Positions 24,701 to 37,161 of a stretch of DNA of 64,000 nt are shown here, one piece after another (the first letter of the stretch is position 1; the number at the start of each line of letters is the position of its first letter). Source of the stretch: Bigelowiella natans CCMP2755. Lineage: Eukaryota; Protista; Cercozoa. Under the pieces are notes generated by a model. That model worked only from the letters and a program-made list of their open reading frames with translations. It was not told where the DNA came from and did not search any database. The position numbers and the translations under genes were made by a program. The DNA lies in NCBI GenBank assembly GCA_000320545.1, contig ADNK01001887.1, forward strand, positions 28,348 through 92,347, given 5' to 3'.

Positions 24701-27700
24701 TACATCGCTTCTATCGAAGCAATACGCCTCCTCCCGTCATTGGTGGTGGTGGTGGTGGTAGCATGAGGGGGGAGCAAGACTCCAAGGAGGGAGGCACGAA
24801 AATACCTACTACATATAATTTATCCACGCTTAAAAAGACCCATCATCATCATCAGCAGCAGCAGCAGCATCTTACTCCCCTCCAGAAACAGCATCGCTAC
24901 TACCGCACAATACAGACAAGGCTGCTCATCCTCAAGGCCTTTTTGGTCCTCACCGCTCTCTTTGCATTCGCTATTGGAGCTCTAAGGCTGGGCGGGGGGA
25001 CGGGATTTGAGGCTTCTACGACATCATCGCCTACTACTACGACTTCAACTACGAGCAGCGGCAGCAGCAGCAGTAACTCTGGAGGTGTCTTAGCAGGATT
25101 GTACGTCGTTGCTTGCGTGAGCCTCATGGGCCAGCTACAAGGGTGAGAGAGGGAGGGAAGGGAGGAGGGTGGCGGAGAAACGGGAGGGGGGAGAACAAAC
25201 AGAAGAGAATAATTAGAAAAGGACAGATTACCAATGGTTAGCGCTTTGAAATTGTTATTTGTTCTCATTTCATTTCCTCTGTTATCTGCTGTTGAAATGA
25301 TGTTTCTACCGATCGCTCGCATCGCTACTATTTCCATCATTGCCTACACCACCACCACACCGTCACCTTCATCGTCATTCGGTGTTGTGCTGGCGTTGTG
25401 TTACTTTGCTAATCATCATCCATCACCCACCACCACCACCACCACCGCCAGATTGTTTTCAAAGCGGCGGCAGTGGAAATGGAGATTAGTCGGCCTACTG
25501 AATGGCTGCTCGTTGCTGGTGTCCCTTGCGATGCGTTTCTCATTGCTCGAGGCGTGCTTCGGTAAGCTGGAATGGCTCGGAGCGAAAGCATGCCAGCAAT
25601 CCGTGATTCTCGACATCCTTCTGTTTGGCCTCCTCGGGCTCAGACGCCGTCTATTCGAAAGGGGGTTTGGCGTGCAGCTGGGGCGGTACTGGCAGCTCAT
25701 GAAAATGCAATCCCTCGGTAGTAGTCGTAGTAGTAGTAGTAGTAGTAGTAGTAGTCGTAGTAGTAGTAGTAGTAGTAGCAAAGCAGCACTTGATGCCTGT
25801 TGATTATGGCAATCATGTTTATTTCCGTTAACTCTACGATTGGGTTTGGTTTTCTCCGGGGGGCAGTTATGATGATCCAATAAGCAGGCACCCCACCTTC
25901 CCCACTACCACCACCACCACCACCACTAGCTTCACCTAAATATCATTATCTTTACCTTGCGTCGCCGACGATCAAACATAAATCAGCGCGGGAGCATGCC
26001 AACCGTGAGCGCAGAAAGTGGCTCGAGAAGGTGACGCAGATAGAGGTCACGATTGCGTACTTCAAGAGGCAGCTCAGGTATTATGAGAGATGGAAGCAAC
26101 GGTCCGCGCCCAATTTAAGCAAAGGCGTGAGTTTGGTTCTTGACGAATGCGGCATCGACCTCGATTTAAAGGTGGTGATAATAAAACTTGCGCATGGGAG
26201 AGTGTATTTCTGTGCCCGTAATTAGTGAATGTGTGGGGGGGAGGGGGGGGGGTTTGCGGGGTTTGGAGATGGATATGGGTGATGGCCAGATCTCCAAGAA
26301 AAATGAATAATTCACACAATTTGCTAATTTTCATTGTTGATGCTGCTGCATTGTTGGTTCTGATCTGCTCTACTCCTCCCACATCCCTCCATCCCCCCCA
26401 TCATCGCCCTTCCTTCCTTTCCTCCCTCCCTGTGAAAAGCATGCGACAATGGATTCTATTGCGGGGGTTGTGCGTTCGTTAGAAGCCAAGCGTGCTGCAA
26501 TGGAAGATGATCCTGCGGCCGCACCACTAGCAGGGAATCATCATCATCATCATCATCAAAACCACAATAACTACCACCAGAACAAGATTAAGCGCTACAA
26601 GTCCGCTCCCGACGTGGCGGGGAGAGGGGGGGAGATGCGAGGAGGAGGAAATGAAGACATACGAGGAGACCCTTTCCAGCAGCAACACAGCCATCATCAT
26701 AACCAACGCCATCATTACAATCATGGCAAAATGATGCAGAAGCCGCACCAGCAGCAGCAAGAGCAGCAGCAGCAGCAGCAGCAGCAATTGACCGAGATAT
26801 CTCTGGTTGCGACCTGTATTGTAAGTGGAGGGCGATTCGAGAAGAAAAAAAGGAAGAGCCTATTGAAGCAAGGTAATAGTGCTGGTGGCAAGGACCAACA
26901 AATCAGGCGCAGTATCAGTGGGGAAGGCGTAAGATTCAGGCAAAATGCTACAGGAGGAGGAGGAGGTGGGGCAGGTTGTTGATAATAAGTAGTCCGAAGT
27001 AGTGATTACCTAAATGACATTTGTCTTTCGTCAAGTTAACATGATTATCACCATATGCCGTGATGGGATGGTGGTGGTGGTGGTGGTGGTGGGTGGTAGT
27101 GCTAAAAAAAGGGGGGGGACAAACCTCCGGTTCACTGCTCTTCCTCCTCCTCCTCTTCTCCCTTTTTTCTTTCTTTCTTTCTTTCATATATAAGCAGCAA
27201 CTCCATCATCCCTCTCGTCCTCCTCCTCAGCTGTCTGGAACATGCCTGGTCAAGGAGCGGCGGAACAAGTGGAGGGGGGCGATAAAAAGAGGAAGCAGCA
27301 GCCATACTATCAGCACAAGCAGCAGCAACAGAGCCAGCGACAGCACTTCCTAGACGTGTTTCACAGCGCGTACGTGCAGGTGCGACAGGGCCGACACACT
27401 CTCGCCACGTCGCCAGCCCCGGGTATTATCTTGAGTAAATCTGGTGGGAAGATATCGTGGGAAAAGCTGCATTTGACGATGGAGCTCATGTCGCCAGTAG
27501 AACCGGTTGATATTCGGTGGTTCATACCCAAATCATCCCTTGCAGCTACTACTACTGCTGCTGCTGCCGGTGGCGCTGCATTTCCCTCCTCCACTTCCCC
27601 CTCCTCCCAGTTGTTGTCCCCCCCCTCTCCTCTCCTTCCAGATGTCACGGTGGGGTCGTGCAGTGTGAGTGTTGCCGATCTGCTAGCTGGGGATACAGCC

Positions 27701-28434
27701 AAGCACATTGTAAGAAGAAATTATTTACTGATGATTCACTGATTGATTGTAGCAGTAGAGTAATAGAGCTCCACAATCACTGTTTCCCATTGCCTCCTCA
27801 TGCATATATTCTTGCTTAACCATAGACACTTAAGTCTGAATCATCCGATTGGAACGGACATGGGGAGTCATCGTCGCTTCTGAAATCTGTGAAGGTGCTC
27901 ATCCAGGAGGGCACGAGTGTCCTCGTACAAACACAGAAGAAGAAGAAGAAGAAAAGGAAGAGGACAGGTCGAGGCAACCGCGCTGCGACGATTGGAGTGA
28001 TGCCAAGTAGTGGCAAGCTCAATAACAACATCGACAGCAACGTCAACGGCGCAAACGGTATTAACGGTGGCGGGGGAAATAAAGGCAACAACAGCAGCAA
28101 CAAGAACAACAACAACAACAATGGGAACACCAAGTATAAGCGAACCGCCACTCAAACCGTCCAAGAACGCATTGTAAGTGCAGCCCCCCGTAGTTATTAT
28201 TCGTGAATATAGTAGTAGTTCTTTCTCCTTTATTTCAATAATATATGTATATCTGGGGGTGATCTTCTCTTCCTCCTCCTCCTGCTCCTTCTCTTTTCCC
28301 TAACACCATCACCACTATCTTAGTAGACGAATAGTTTCTTCTCTTTCTCACTTAGGCCTGCCAATCACCTTTCTTCTCCCCCCCCCCTCCATGCTGCTTC
28401 TGCGAATGCTTTCCGCCGTTTTCTCCTCCTCCTT

Positions 28435-28480
<46 letters not shown>

Positions 28481-29222
28481 TTCTCTTTCTCTTCCTCTCA
28501 GTGGCAAGGGGTGTTCTACCGTGGCGGATCGGTGAACGAAACAGCAGATGGCAAACATGTCAATAGCAGTTTAGCACCAGTGGCACCATCAGCATCGAAG
28601 GACGTGCGCTATACACGTGCCCGGTCATTTCCACGGAGTGTCAAATCTCCTTACTACTATGAACCCGGTGAAGATCCCATTCTGACCCATCTGCAGCAGC
28701 AGCAACAACAGCAGCAGCAGCAGAGTAAAGAGCAATGGTGGAAAGCTGCCCTGAAGGAGGCCAACAAGTGGGTCACGTGGGGGATTGAAACGGTAGTATG
28801 CTACCCATTGCTACCACGAAGAACAGTGTTGATGAGCACAGAAGCAGCAGCAACCGAGTTGTAGTAGGGTAGTAGTAGCTAGTAGTAGTAGTTCCTTTCC
28901 TCCTCCAATATCTTACACATGAACGAACGTGTGGTGAATATGATCAGATAATAGCGACTGTCTGGTTATACTCCGATTATCACGATCTGGCGCAAAAGCC
29001 AGGCACGCAGCTGCGACGGTTTGGGCGTGCATTCGGATCATGGGTGTTATCGAACACAGACGTGCTGTGCTATGCCACCTTCATTGCCGATCACGTCGCT
29101 GCCTACAACTTGATGTCGGTTGTGTTTCCATTGTCCATGTTCCTCGTTGCCATTCCCTCTCCCACTTCGCGCCGATACTGGAAGTTTATGGCGACGTATT
29201 GCTCTGCCATCATCATGTTTAA

Positions 29223-29261
<39 letters not shown>

Positions 29262-29568
29262 TTTATGGATCTGTGCTTCTCTCTGGCATGCAAATAGTTA
29301 AATGACATTGCTGCATTCCGAGATGAGTGTGATGTTATCGTCATATGACCGCCCCTCTATGTACGTAGTAGCTTTTGATCACATCTGCTACCTTTTCATT
29401 GCATCCTCATCATCATCATCATTATCATCATGCTTTGGCTGATCGGACCAACCTCTGATTTTCTCATCAAACAACAATGATGTTGATAAAGACTTTCCTG
29501 AGGCTGCCGTTCATCGGCGATAACATCGTTGGACATGGCATCATCACGGTAGGAGTAGTAGTAGCAGC

Positions 29569-29602
<34 letters not shown>

Positions 29603-30226
29603 TTATCAAGCACCAAATGCAATCGCCGATAATAACAAGAATGATGCATGCAGAAGGGATGTATCTGAATAATCTTCTTCTTCTTCTTCTTTTTCTATTT
29701 CTTCTTCATCTTCGCCTTCATCGTGACCAGGTCATCTACTACCCCCGTGAATACCCATGGGTGTCTGTGCAGCATCACCATCGCCATCACAACCACCACC
29801 ATCAATATGAGCTGCGCGACGATATCCGGCCGATGCTCGAGTGGGACCTTGCTTTCGATCTCCTTGTGCTTCTTGCACTGTCGGCACATCGGCAGGTCAT
29901 GATGCTGAAGGGCGTGTGGGACATCCATGATCATCTCACCAGTGCCAAAGCAGCAGCAGCTGCAGCTGCTGCTGCTGCTGCAGCTGGCGATCACAAGAAA
30001 AGACGGAGTAGTAACTCTGTGCTAGCTGCTATTGCAAAGAAGAAGAAGGGCAAGAATAAGGAGGTACACCAGCAGCTGCAGTTGTTTTACGAATCCGTCG
30101 AGCGCATGTCTTCGGAAGGGACAATGCCAGCAGCAGCGGGAGAAGGAGCAACAGGTATGCTGCTTCATCGATCTATGCGAAGCACCAGTACCAACAATAG
30201 GAGGAGAACGACGATGAGGATGAGAA

Positions 30227-30267
<41 letters not shown>

Positions 30268-31556
30268 CGTTACCATCCCCTTTCTTTCCCTCCTTCCTCA
30301 GAGCGACAACAGCAACCAGCAGAACAGCCACCGCTGCCTTCTCCTCCTTCTCCTCGACGTCATGCTCCTTCCGAGCCCCTTCTTCTCCCCCCCCACTCTC
30401 GCCAGCAAATGTCAGCAGCAGAGAGTCGGAAATTGGGCGGATCTCTGTATCATCACCACAACCAACAACAACAACAACAACATCTTGGAGGCATCGTCTC
30501 GTCGCATGGAAGAGGAGCACTGGCATCAGCATCAGGAGAAAATAATAATAACAACAATAATGATAATAGGCAAAATGAAGAGAGCAAGAAAAACGCATTT
30601 CTTGGTGGTGGTGGTGGTGGTGGTGGTAGCCGTGATGATAGAAAGCTTGCTGATGCTGATGCTGATGCTGCTGCTGTGCTTGGTATTTCGAGAAGTGAGG
30701 AGAAGAGACCTCGTCTCCACGATATGCTCCAGCAGCAGCAGCAACAACAACAACAACCGTGGCACCAGCCACAGCCGTCGTCATCATCATTCGGCTATCA
30801 TCATCATCATCATCATCATCATCCTCATCCTCATCAACATCATCATTACAACGGTAACAACAACCGTCTCCTCGGCAACGACGTCGTGATTATTGACGAA
30901 GAGGTAGGCGGCCATGATCGTGGTGGAGATAACAACGACGACAACGACACCCTCTCTGCTTATGAGTACTTTATCGAGGAAGAGGAGGATGATGGCTTCG
31001 GCGGTGGCGGCAATGGCCAAAATCTGCTCTTCATGGAGGGAGACGAGGAGGGGAACGATTACTACCACGATGACAACAACACACGGAAACGCACACTCAC
31101 AAGTTTAGTCAATCACTTCAAGCAGCATTATCTCCGGGTACAACGAAAGCGGCCACTAACGTCGAAGGACCTCTACGGCTGGATCTTCTGGACGGAAGTG
31201 ATAGCATTCATCATGATCGTGACTTTCTTCCCTCGATTCTCTGGCAACTACGGGGACTCGCTCCAGGAGACGTTTGCCTCAAACAGAGTGCCTCTAGCCT
31301 TTTTCTTCGCAATGTTCACGCAGTTTCTACTCATCGTCATCGACCGTGTAAGTAGCAGTGGGTAGACGTACAGAGTAGTAGTAGGAAGGAAGGGGGGTGG
31401 GGGGGGGAGGAGAAGAACAGCTGCCTCTCATCGCAGACAGACCGACACAGCGAGAAGGGAGAAGGGAGGGGGGGGGGGGGGGTTACGAGTACAACAGGAG
31501 ATCAGCAAATAGAGGAATGTGCGTTCGTCATCGTTTTCACCATTTAGAAATCCCTG

Positions 31557-31592
<36 letters not shown>

Positions 31593-33367
31593 ATTAGGTG
31601 CTTTACCTCACAAACTCTCGTACGTGGAAGGGCCGGTTGCAGGTTCTCGGCGTAATATCGGTGCATGCGACGGTGTTTCTGCTTCCCCTCTTCAACACAC
31701 CGCCGCTCGGATCCAACCCAGGGCTGATGAACTCCGATGTGACGTACCGTGTTTACTCGATCTTTTACATCGTGAAGGCCATCTACCTCTTCGCTTCTGC
31801 CCACCAGGTCAGAGCAGGGTACCCGCCCTTTGCGAAGGAGGACGGAACCTTCACCATCCCCTCTCTTACTGGCTTGGTCCTCTTCAGCATTTACCGTGCC
31901 ATTCCATTCTTGTTCGAGGCGAAGACTATTCTGGATTGGACGTGCACAGGCTCCCCGCTCTTCTTTGGAGACTGGCTCAAGCTGCACGACATCCACTGCA
32001 ACCTCTACATGGTGGAGTGCGACCTTGAGTACCGAAAGTCGCTCAAGCGAAAGAAAGGCGATATCTACCCGACAAGGATCAAGGTGGTAGTCGGCTTCTT
32101 CGCAGTGTTTGGCCTGGTTCTGATTGTGTGGCTGCCATTCATGATCTATCTCACCGGGGTGCCTCTTTTCGTAAACCCGCTTCAATCGGTGACGCTCACG
32201 GTGAAGATCGAAGGGCAGCATAATTCCTGGAGGCTGTGCGAGCACTCCGATGTGATAGGCATTCATGAGGTGCCGGCAGGGCTCTCCCTCGACGTGCTAC
32301 GCGATCACCCGTACAATCTACCCAACAACCTGGTGCAGGAGACTGTGCAGCACGTCAGACTCAACGGCGATTCGACATACGCGTGGACTATCACGCCGCC
32401 TTCCTTAGAGAAGCTCATCGAGACTGTGGAGAACGACGACACGTGCCGTCTGGTCATGGCCTTTCGGTTCGAGATGGAATCAGGCTCCGTGTCGCGAGTG
32501 CGATATGAAGCCGACCTCAACAAGAAACTTCTCCTCAAAGCCCTCAACGCATCGCACGTGCACGACTACTATCGAGAAGAGCACGGCGAGGAAGGAGGGA
32601 GGGGGAGGAACAGAAAGATGGGATGGGCGGACGGCGAGGACCTCTCTGTAACTGTGGACAATGCGTATCCCCTCTACACGCACATCCTTGCAGCAGGGGA
32701 GGCAAGGGCAGCAGGGCCAAAGGTAAACCTGAAGCTCACTCGAATGTCGTCGCAGGGGGTTGAATGGTGGGCGATAAGGTCCACTTCGCTTGGTAAGCAG
32801 GACGAGACAACGGCAAATGGAGGAGGAGGAGGAGGAGGAGAGAAGACGACGCCGAAGGGAAGAAAACTGCCGCCTCCCCCACCACCAAGAGCAACAAAAG
32901 TACGCCGGCGGCGTAGAAAGGTTATGGGAATGTCCTCCTCTTTCCACGGTACTGATGATGGAGGCGATTGCCGCTCTCCCAAATTCTGCGATGACGAGCT
33001 GCTAGTAGAGGAGGAACACCTGGCTCAGCAGCAGGAGCCCGACGAAGACCACGGCGACGACAACGCTGCAAGTAATGAGGATGATGGAAACTACGACGAG
33101 AACGAGGAGGAAGAAGAAGAATATGATGATGATGAAGAAGAAGAATATAGGAAAGAAAATGACTGGAACAACCCATGGAGGGGGATATTCAGTGGAAACT
33201 CCCTGGTTTTCTTCACATTGTCGGACCAAATGCTTCTGGGAAAGCTCATTGACTCCTCCATTTACGAGTATGTGCATGTCTGCGATGCGTGCGTATTTGT
33301 CATCGTGCTAGACAATTGGCAATAATTTGCTAATGTCAATACATAAAACGTTTACAACAGTAAATGT

Positions 33368-33411
<44 letters not shown>

Positions 33412-33768
33412 TTTTCAAGTATACTCTTATTCTCGACATTCCTAAATGACTACGATATTAGGTATGGAATGTTCGCACTCTATGTGACGTTCGTGTTCTC
33501 GCTTGGGAGATTTCTTCGAGTATACGTCGTTGGGATGAGCCATCGCATCATCTATGAAGACTGGGGAGACGTTGAGTTCGTAAAAGAGCTTCTCAACGAC
33601 ATCTATGCAGCCCGTTGGGATAACGAATATGAGTTGGAGGAGGAGATGTACGGAGAGCTTATACAGCTGTATCGCTCTCCCGAGAAGCTCCAAGAGGTTA
33701 CGCGCCCTCCGAAGAAGCTAATCGGCATTATGAACTGGCCATCCACCGCCAAGACAAAAACAGACTAG
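17523..33768 (+). CDS. PIEZO: Piezo-type mechanosensitive ion channel, multi-exon, with many homopolymer insertions
   Basis: N-terminus ALAILLRPSVPAWFYASFLLLP is typical of Piezo TM1-2. THU-like segment SNTDVLCYATFIADHV...SPTSRRYWKFMATYC (29045-29220). KDLYGWIFWTEV...SNRVP...QFLLIVIDR|VLYL. PFEW motif PFLFEAKTILDWTCTGSPLFFGDWLKLHDI (~31900-31995). Outer helix, cap, inner helix and CTD YGMFALYVTFVFSLGRFLR...IIYED...LEEEMYGELIQLYRSPE (33460-33690). An upstream exon from ATG 17343 is possible. Confidence 0.95.
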
Positions 33769-34607
33769 ATAAAAAAAAACTATAGCATTAGCATAATTGA
33801 TATGAAAAAATTAAGAAAAATGCCATCTGTATAAACAAGAATTTCAGACGTGTGGTAGTACAATATTATTAGCAGAAGATAAATATCATCTAAAGCAACT
33901 AGTGAGCAAACGCAGAAAAGGCGACGCCAGTGCCAACGCAAGATTGCAACTGCAGTACGCTAGTATGTGCAGCGTATCGTACATGTATGTGCATCGGATA
34001 GTAGCATTAAGCTATGTAGCATATACATAGTCTATGCATGCTCTAATGCTGCTGGTAGCAGGTGCATAGAACGTTCTGTGTACGTACAACTGGGAAAATT
34101 GAGCGTACGCTTTGCATTGGATTATCTACGGAGCGACGTGATAACAACGTAGTTACATGTCTACATGTCTCTAGATGCCATGATTTAGCTAGATGATGGC
34201 TCGCACATTCATCATCTACTACGCTGCTGGCAACTGGCAAACTATCTAAACAGTGTGTCTAGTATATTAAGCAAGCACAGCGCAGCTAGTAGTATAGTCC
34301 AGATAGTACGTACGTTTACAACTGATAACAACATAGATTTTACCTCTGCCAATGAAATAGTGCGCAGTCATAACGACAATGCACAAACATTCGGCATATA
34401 TACATCAAACAAGTAAATCTACTGAAGATCGATCGCAGCAAACAAGACAATATGCCATAACAACACAAAATTATAAGAGGATTTACATATTGTAAAATGG
34501 ACAGTACATATTTGTGAAATGGAGGTAGTTGCAGCTATTCTGTCTATCAAGACTCGATACATTTTCAGGCGCACCTAAAGTTGATGCTATTTCATAAAAT
34601 TTTGACT

Positions 34608-35410
34608 TTATTCGACCCCTAGAAACTTGAGCATGTGCTCTTGATTGGCCATGCCTGGTATCGTCATCAAGGCTTGCATGTATCGATCTAAATCAGCTCG
34701 CCTCTTCTCAATGAAAGAACGATCAAAGTGATCCTACGGAAGTATCAGGAGGAAACTCATATCAGTGTACCATATAGTAAGCTCCGTCCTACTTATGCAC
34801 TTACCGTTAAAATCTTGAAATGCCGAGGAGGAAACTTAGGAAGGCCACATTTTTTCAAGTCCTTCGCAATCTATCGAGAAGGGGGTGTCATTGCTACAAC
34901 TTATTTTGCTTGCAGTATGATTTCACCTTTTGATGAAATTCGTAGAAAGCATTGAATCTCTTAAACGTGGCCCATTCTGCGTGTCCCGTCTTTACATCGA
35001 TTTGATAAAGCTAACAAAATGATCATATGAAACCATTAAAAGAGAAATAATAATTTTGGACAAGTTTCGAAAGGAAAAGATAATGTGATTTAGCACATGT
35101 TAATACCACGACTTGACTCCGTGAGCGCGCAGTCTGAACCCTTTTGATTGACACGCTCTTAATCTCTGTTCCTATTGACTCGAGCCTTTCCTCATAATGT
35201 AGGTCCTCTTCTGACTTGCCTCCTCTCTTCTAAGAAAAGAAAGTTCGGGTTGAATTTGAAAATGATCTTAGATTCCCTCAGCTTCTTTCTTTCCTTCCCT
35301 TTCTTCCTTCTAACCCTAATGACCTTGTGGCCCTTCGTGGAGGCATTTTGCTGTTGCTTCTTATTCTCGTTGGAAATGGAGGAGGGTGTAGATCCCTTGC
35401 CTTCTTCCAT
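34608..35410 (-). CDS. Small PX (phox homology) domain protein, ~160 aa, 5 exons; mostly missed by the ORF track
   Basis: All introns are phase-0 GT-AG: MEEGKGS...KGHK|KRGGKSEEDLHYEERLESIGTEIKSVSIKRVQTARSRSQVV|LYQIDVKTGHAEWATFKRFNAFYEFHQK|IAKDLKKCGLPKFPPRHFKILT|DHFDRSFIEKRRADLDRYMQALMTIPGMANQEHMLKFLGVE*. This fits the PX consensus (RRY/F..F..LH..L; P.FPP; FIE.RR..L..YL; FL). Confidence 0.88.
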
Positions 35411-35599
35411 GTTTCCCTTCCTCTCCTTGCCGCTTCACAAAGGGGAGCGGGGCGGCTTTATGGCTTTCTGGTACTGGCCTGGAACGAAGAATATCAAAGT
35501 ATTTTAGATAATTTTACCTGATTAAATTAATCTAATTCACTGCTATGATACTTTTAAAAAAGGATGAGGATTTCCGTTCCGCGACATTTCCAGGATTTC

Positions 35600-36740
35600 A
35601 TTTCTTTTTGAAATGCTTACACAGTTTCGGCTTGGTTCAATGACGCCTCCTAGCCTCCGTTGCGGCATCGGAGCCCCATCGGAGCCCCCAACTCTTCGGC
35701 AACAGCACAAGTGAGCCCTCAGGTGACACGGCAAAGGATTGCCTCGTAGTCAGAGACTTCATGAAGCTCCTGTTCATCCGGCAGCATGGACGCGCTGCGC
35801 AGTTCCTCTCAACTCTCAGTTGTGCTGCCTGCACTGCCAGACTGCATGGTCCAGCTAGACGTGACGCAGCGTTCACCCTTCTGACTCGCTGCTACTTGTC
35901 CAATTGTTTGCATTGGAGGCGTCTGAAAGCGTCGTGACTAGTCACACACTCACAAATCTCGCAACTCAAGTGTCTCCTAACTGTGGCCTCAAACAATTCC
36001 AAACTGGAGCGACAAAGCCAGAAAGAACAAGTCCAGAAGTGTGTGTGTCTTTCTCTGCTTGGCACCAAAACCAATTTTCACAGGGAGGAGACAGGGCAGT
36101 GTGCTGTGCGTGGTGCACACTAGGGTCAACGCATTTGTACAGGAACAGTCTTGCCCAGTGCCAGAGTGCATGTGTGTTGAACCGTTCTTGTTGCCATGCT
36201 GGCATGTTGTGGTGTTGAGTTGTTCGTCATTGTGGACAACATGATGCAACGTATGTGCAATGTGAAACATGCATCATGTCACTAGTCTGTCTTCGTATGT
36301 TACGTTCGTAGGACGTGTGCGGGAACAATTGGTGTTTGGCTGTGGCTAGCTACTGGCAACGCGGACCGCGGAGGGCCGTGCATGTCTAGCAGATGTCCAC
36401 ATGCCCAGATCTGGAGATGTGCACAATGACACAATGACTGCTTTCGATGCATCGATTTGTGACAGGCCAGCACACACAGTGCATGATGAGTGGCCACAAT
36501 GATGACACATCATCGGTGATTGTTGTTCACGTGTCACAGCAGCTGCGCAATGATCTTGTGCATGCGCCATGTAGAGCGCGCTGTGCAATGTGCAACAATG
36601 ATGCCATGGAGCGAGCGCTAGAGCACCCAAGCGAGGTGACACATTGATCGGTTAGAACATCGCAAGCGTTGAATGATTTGTTTCAAGTTTCAAAGCTTTG
36701 CTGCAACAACATGGGCTTCTAGAATGCAGTTGCTGTGAAT
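35600..36740. other. TpA-depleted, TG/CA-rich intergenic patch 1
   Basis: Several full 60-nt lines contain no TA (e.g. 35761-35820, 36001-36060, 36181-36240, 36421-36540). The TA dinucleotides that remain are most often in CTAG. Confidence 0.7.
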
Positions 36741-37161
36741 TTCTCTAAATTGATATAATGACTTTCCCAATAAGTTCATAGCCTGATTTCAAATGGTCAC
36801 TACATGGTTGCGAAGAAAAACGTTGAAGTTCCACACAAATCCACCATGCATCTCTCTTCCATGTGTGAAAGATCGTGGAATTAACTTCAGCAACCTTGCG
36901 CGGACATTATTAGCATTAGCTCATACATAATTTTCCGAAGTCATGTTCATTTCGCGAATGTTTATGTTTAACTTTCATTTTTCGAAGTCAGAGTCAAAGT
37001 ATCTGTTATGCCCTGTGTGTGCAATGCAACAAGTACATTGCTTTATAAATGTGGCACACCGAGGTGACAATGATATGGGAGATCTGAGACAGAGGGACAA
37101 ACCATCTCTATCATGGTAACTTTACATGTTGAAGCTTATCAGCTTTTGATGGGTATATACT

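Noticed and set aside
18500-31365. Long ORFs 18500-19756, 22729-25146 and 29617-31365 as independent genes
   Set aside because: They are same-strand, splice-bounded, multi-TM segments lying between the Piezo N-terminal and C-terminal motifs, best explained as exons of one Piezo gene.
31589-32266. 225-aa minus-strand ORF (also 38687-39289, 40922-41500, 14572-15027)
   Set aside because: Antisense shadows of conserved exons (Piezo, ABCB, GH81), with no independent signal.
35600-36740. Cys/His-rich ORFs in the TpA-depleted patches (also 56903-57446) as zinc-finger or transposon proteins
   Set aside because: Loss of TA removes TAA/TAG stops and inflates TGT/TGC/CAC/CAT codons in all frames. No transposase, RT, terminal repeat or target-site duplication was recognised.
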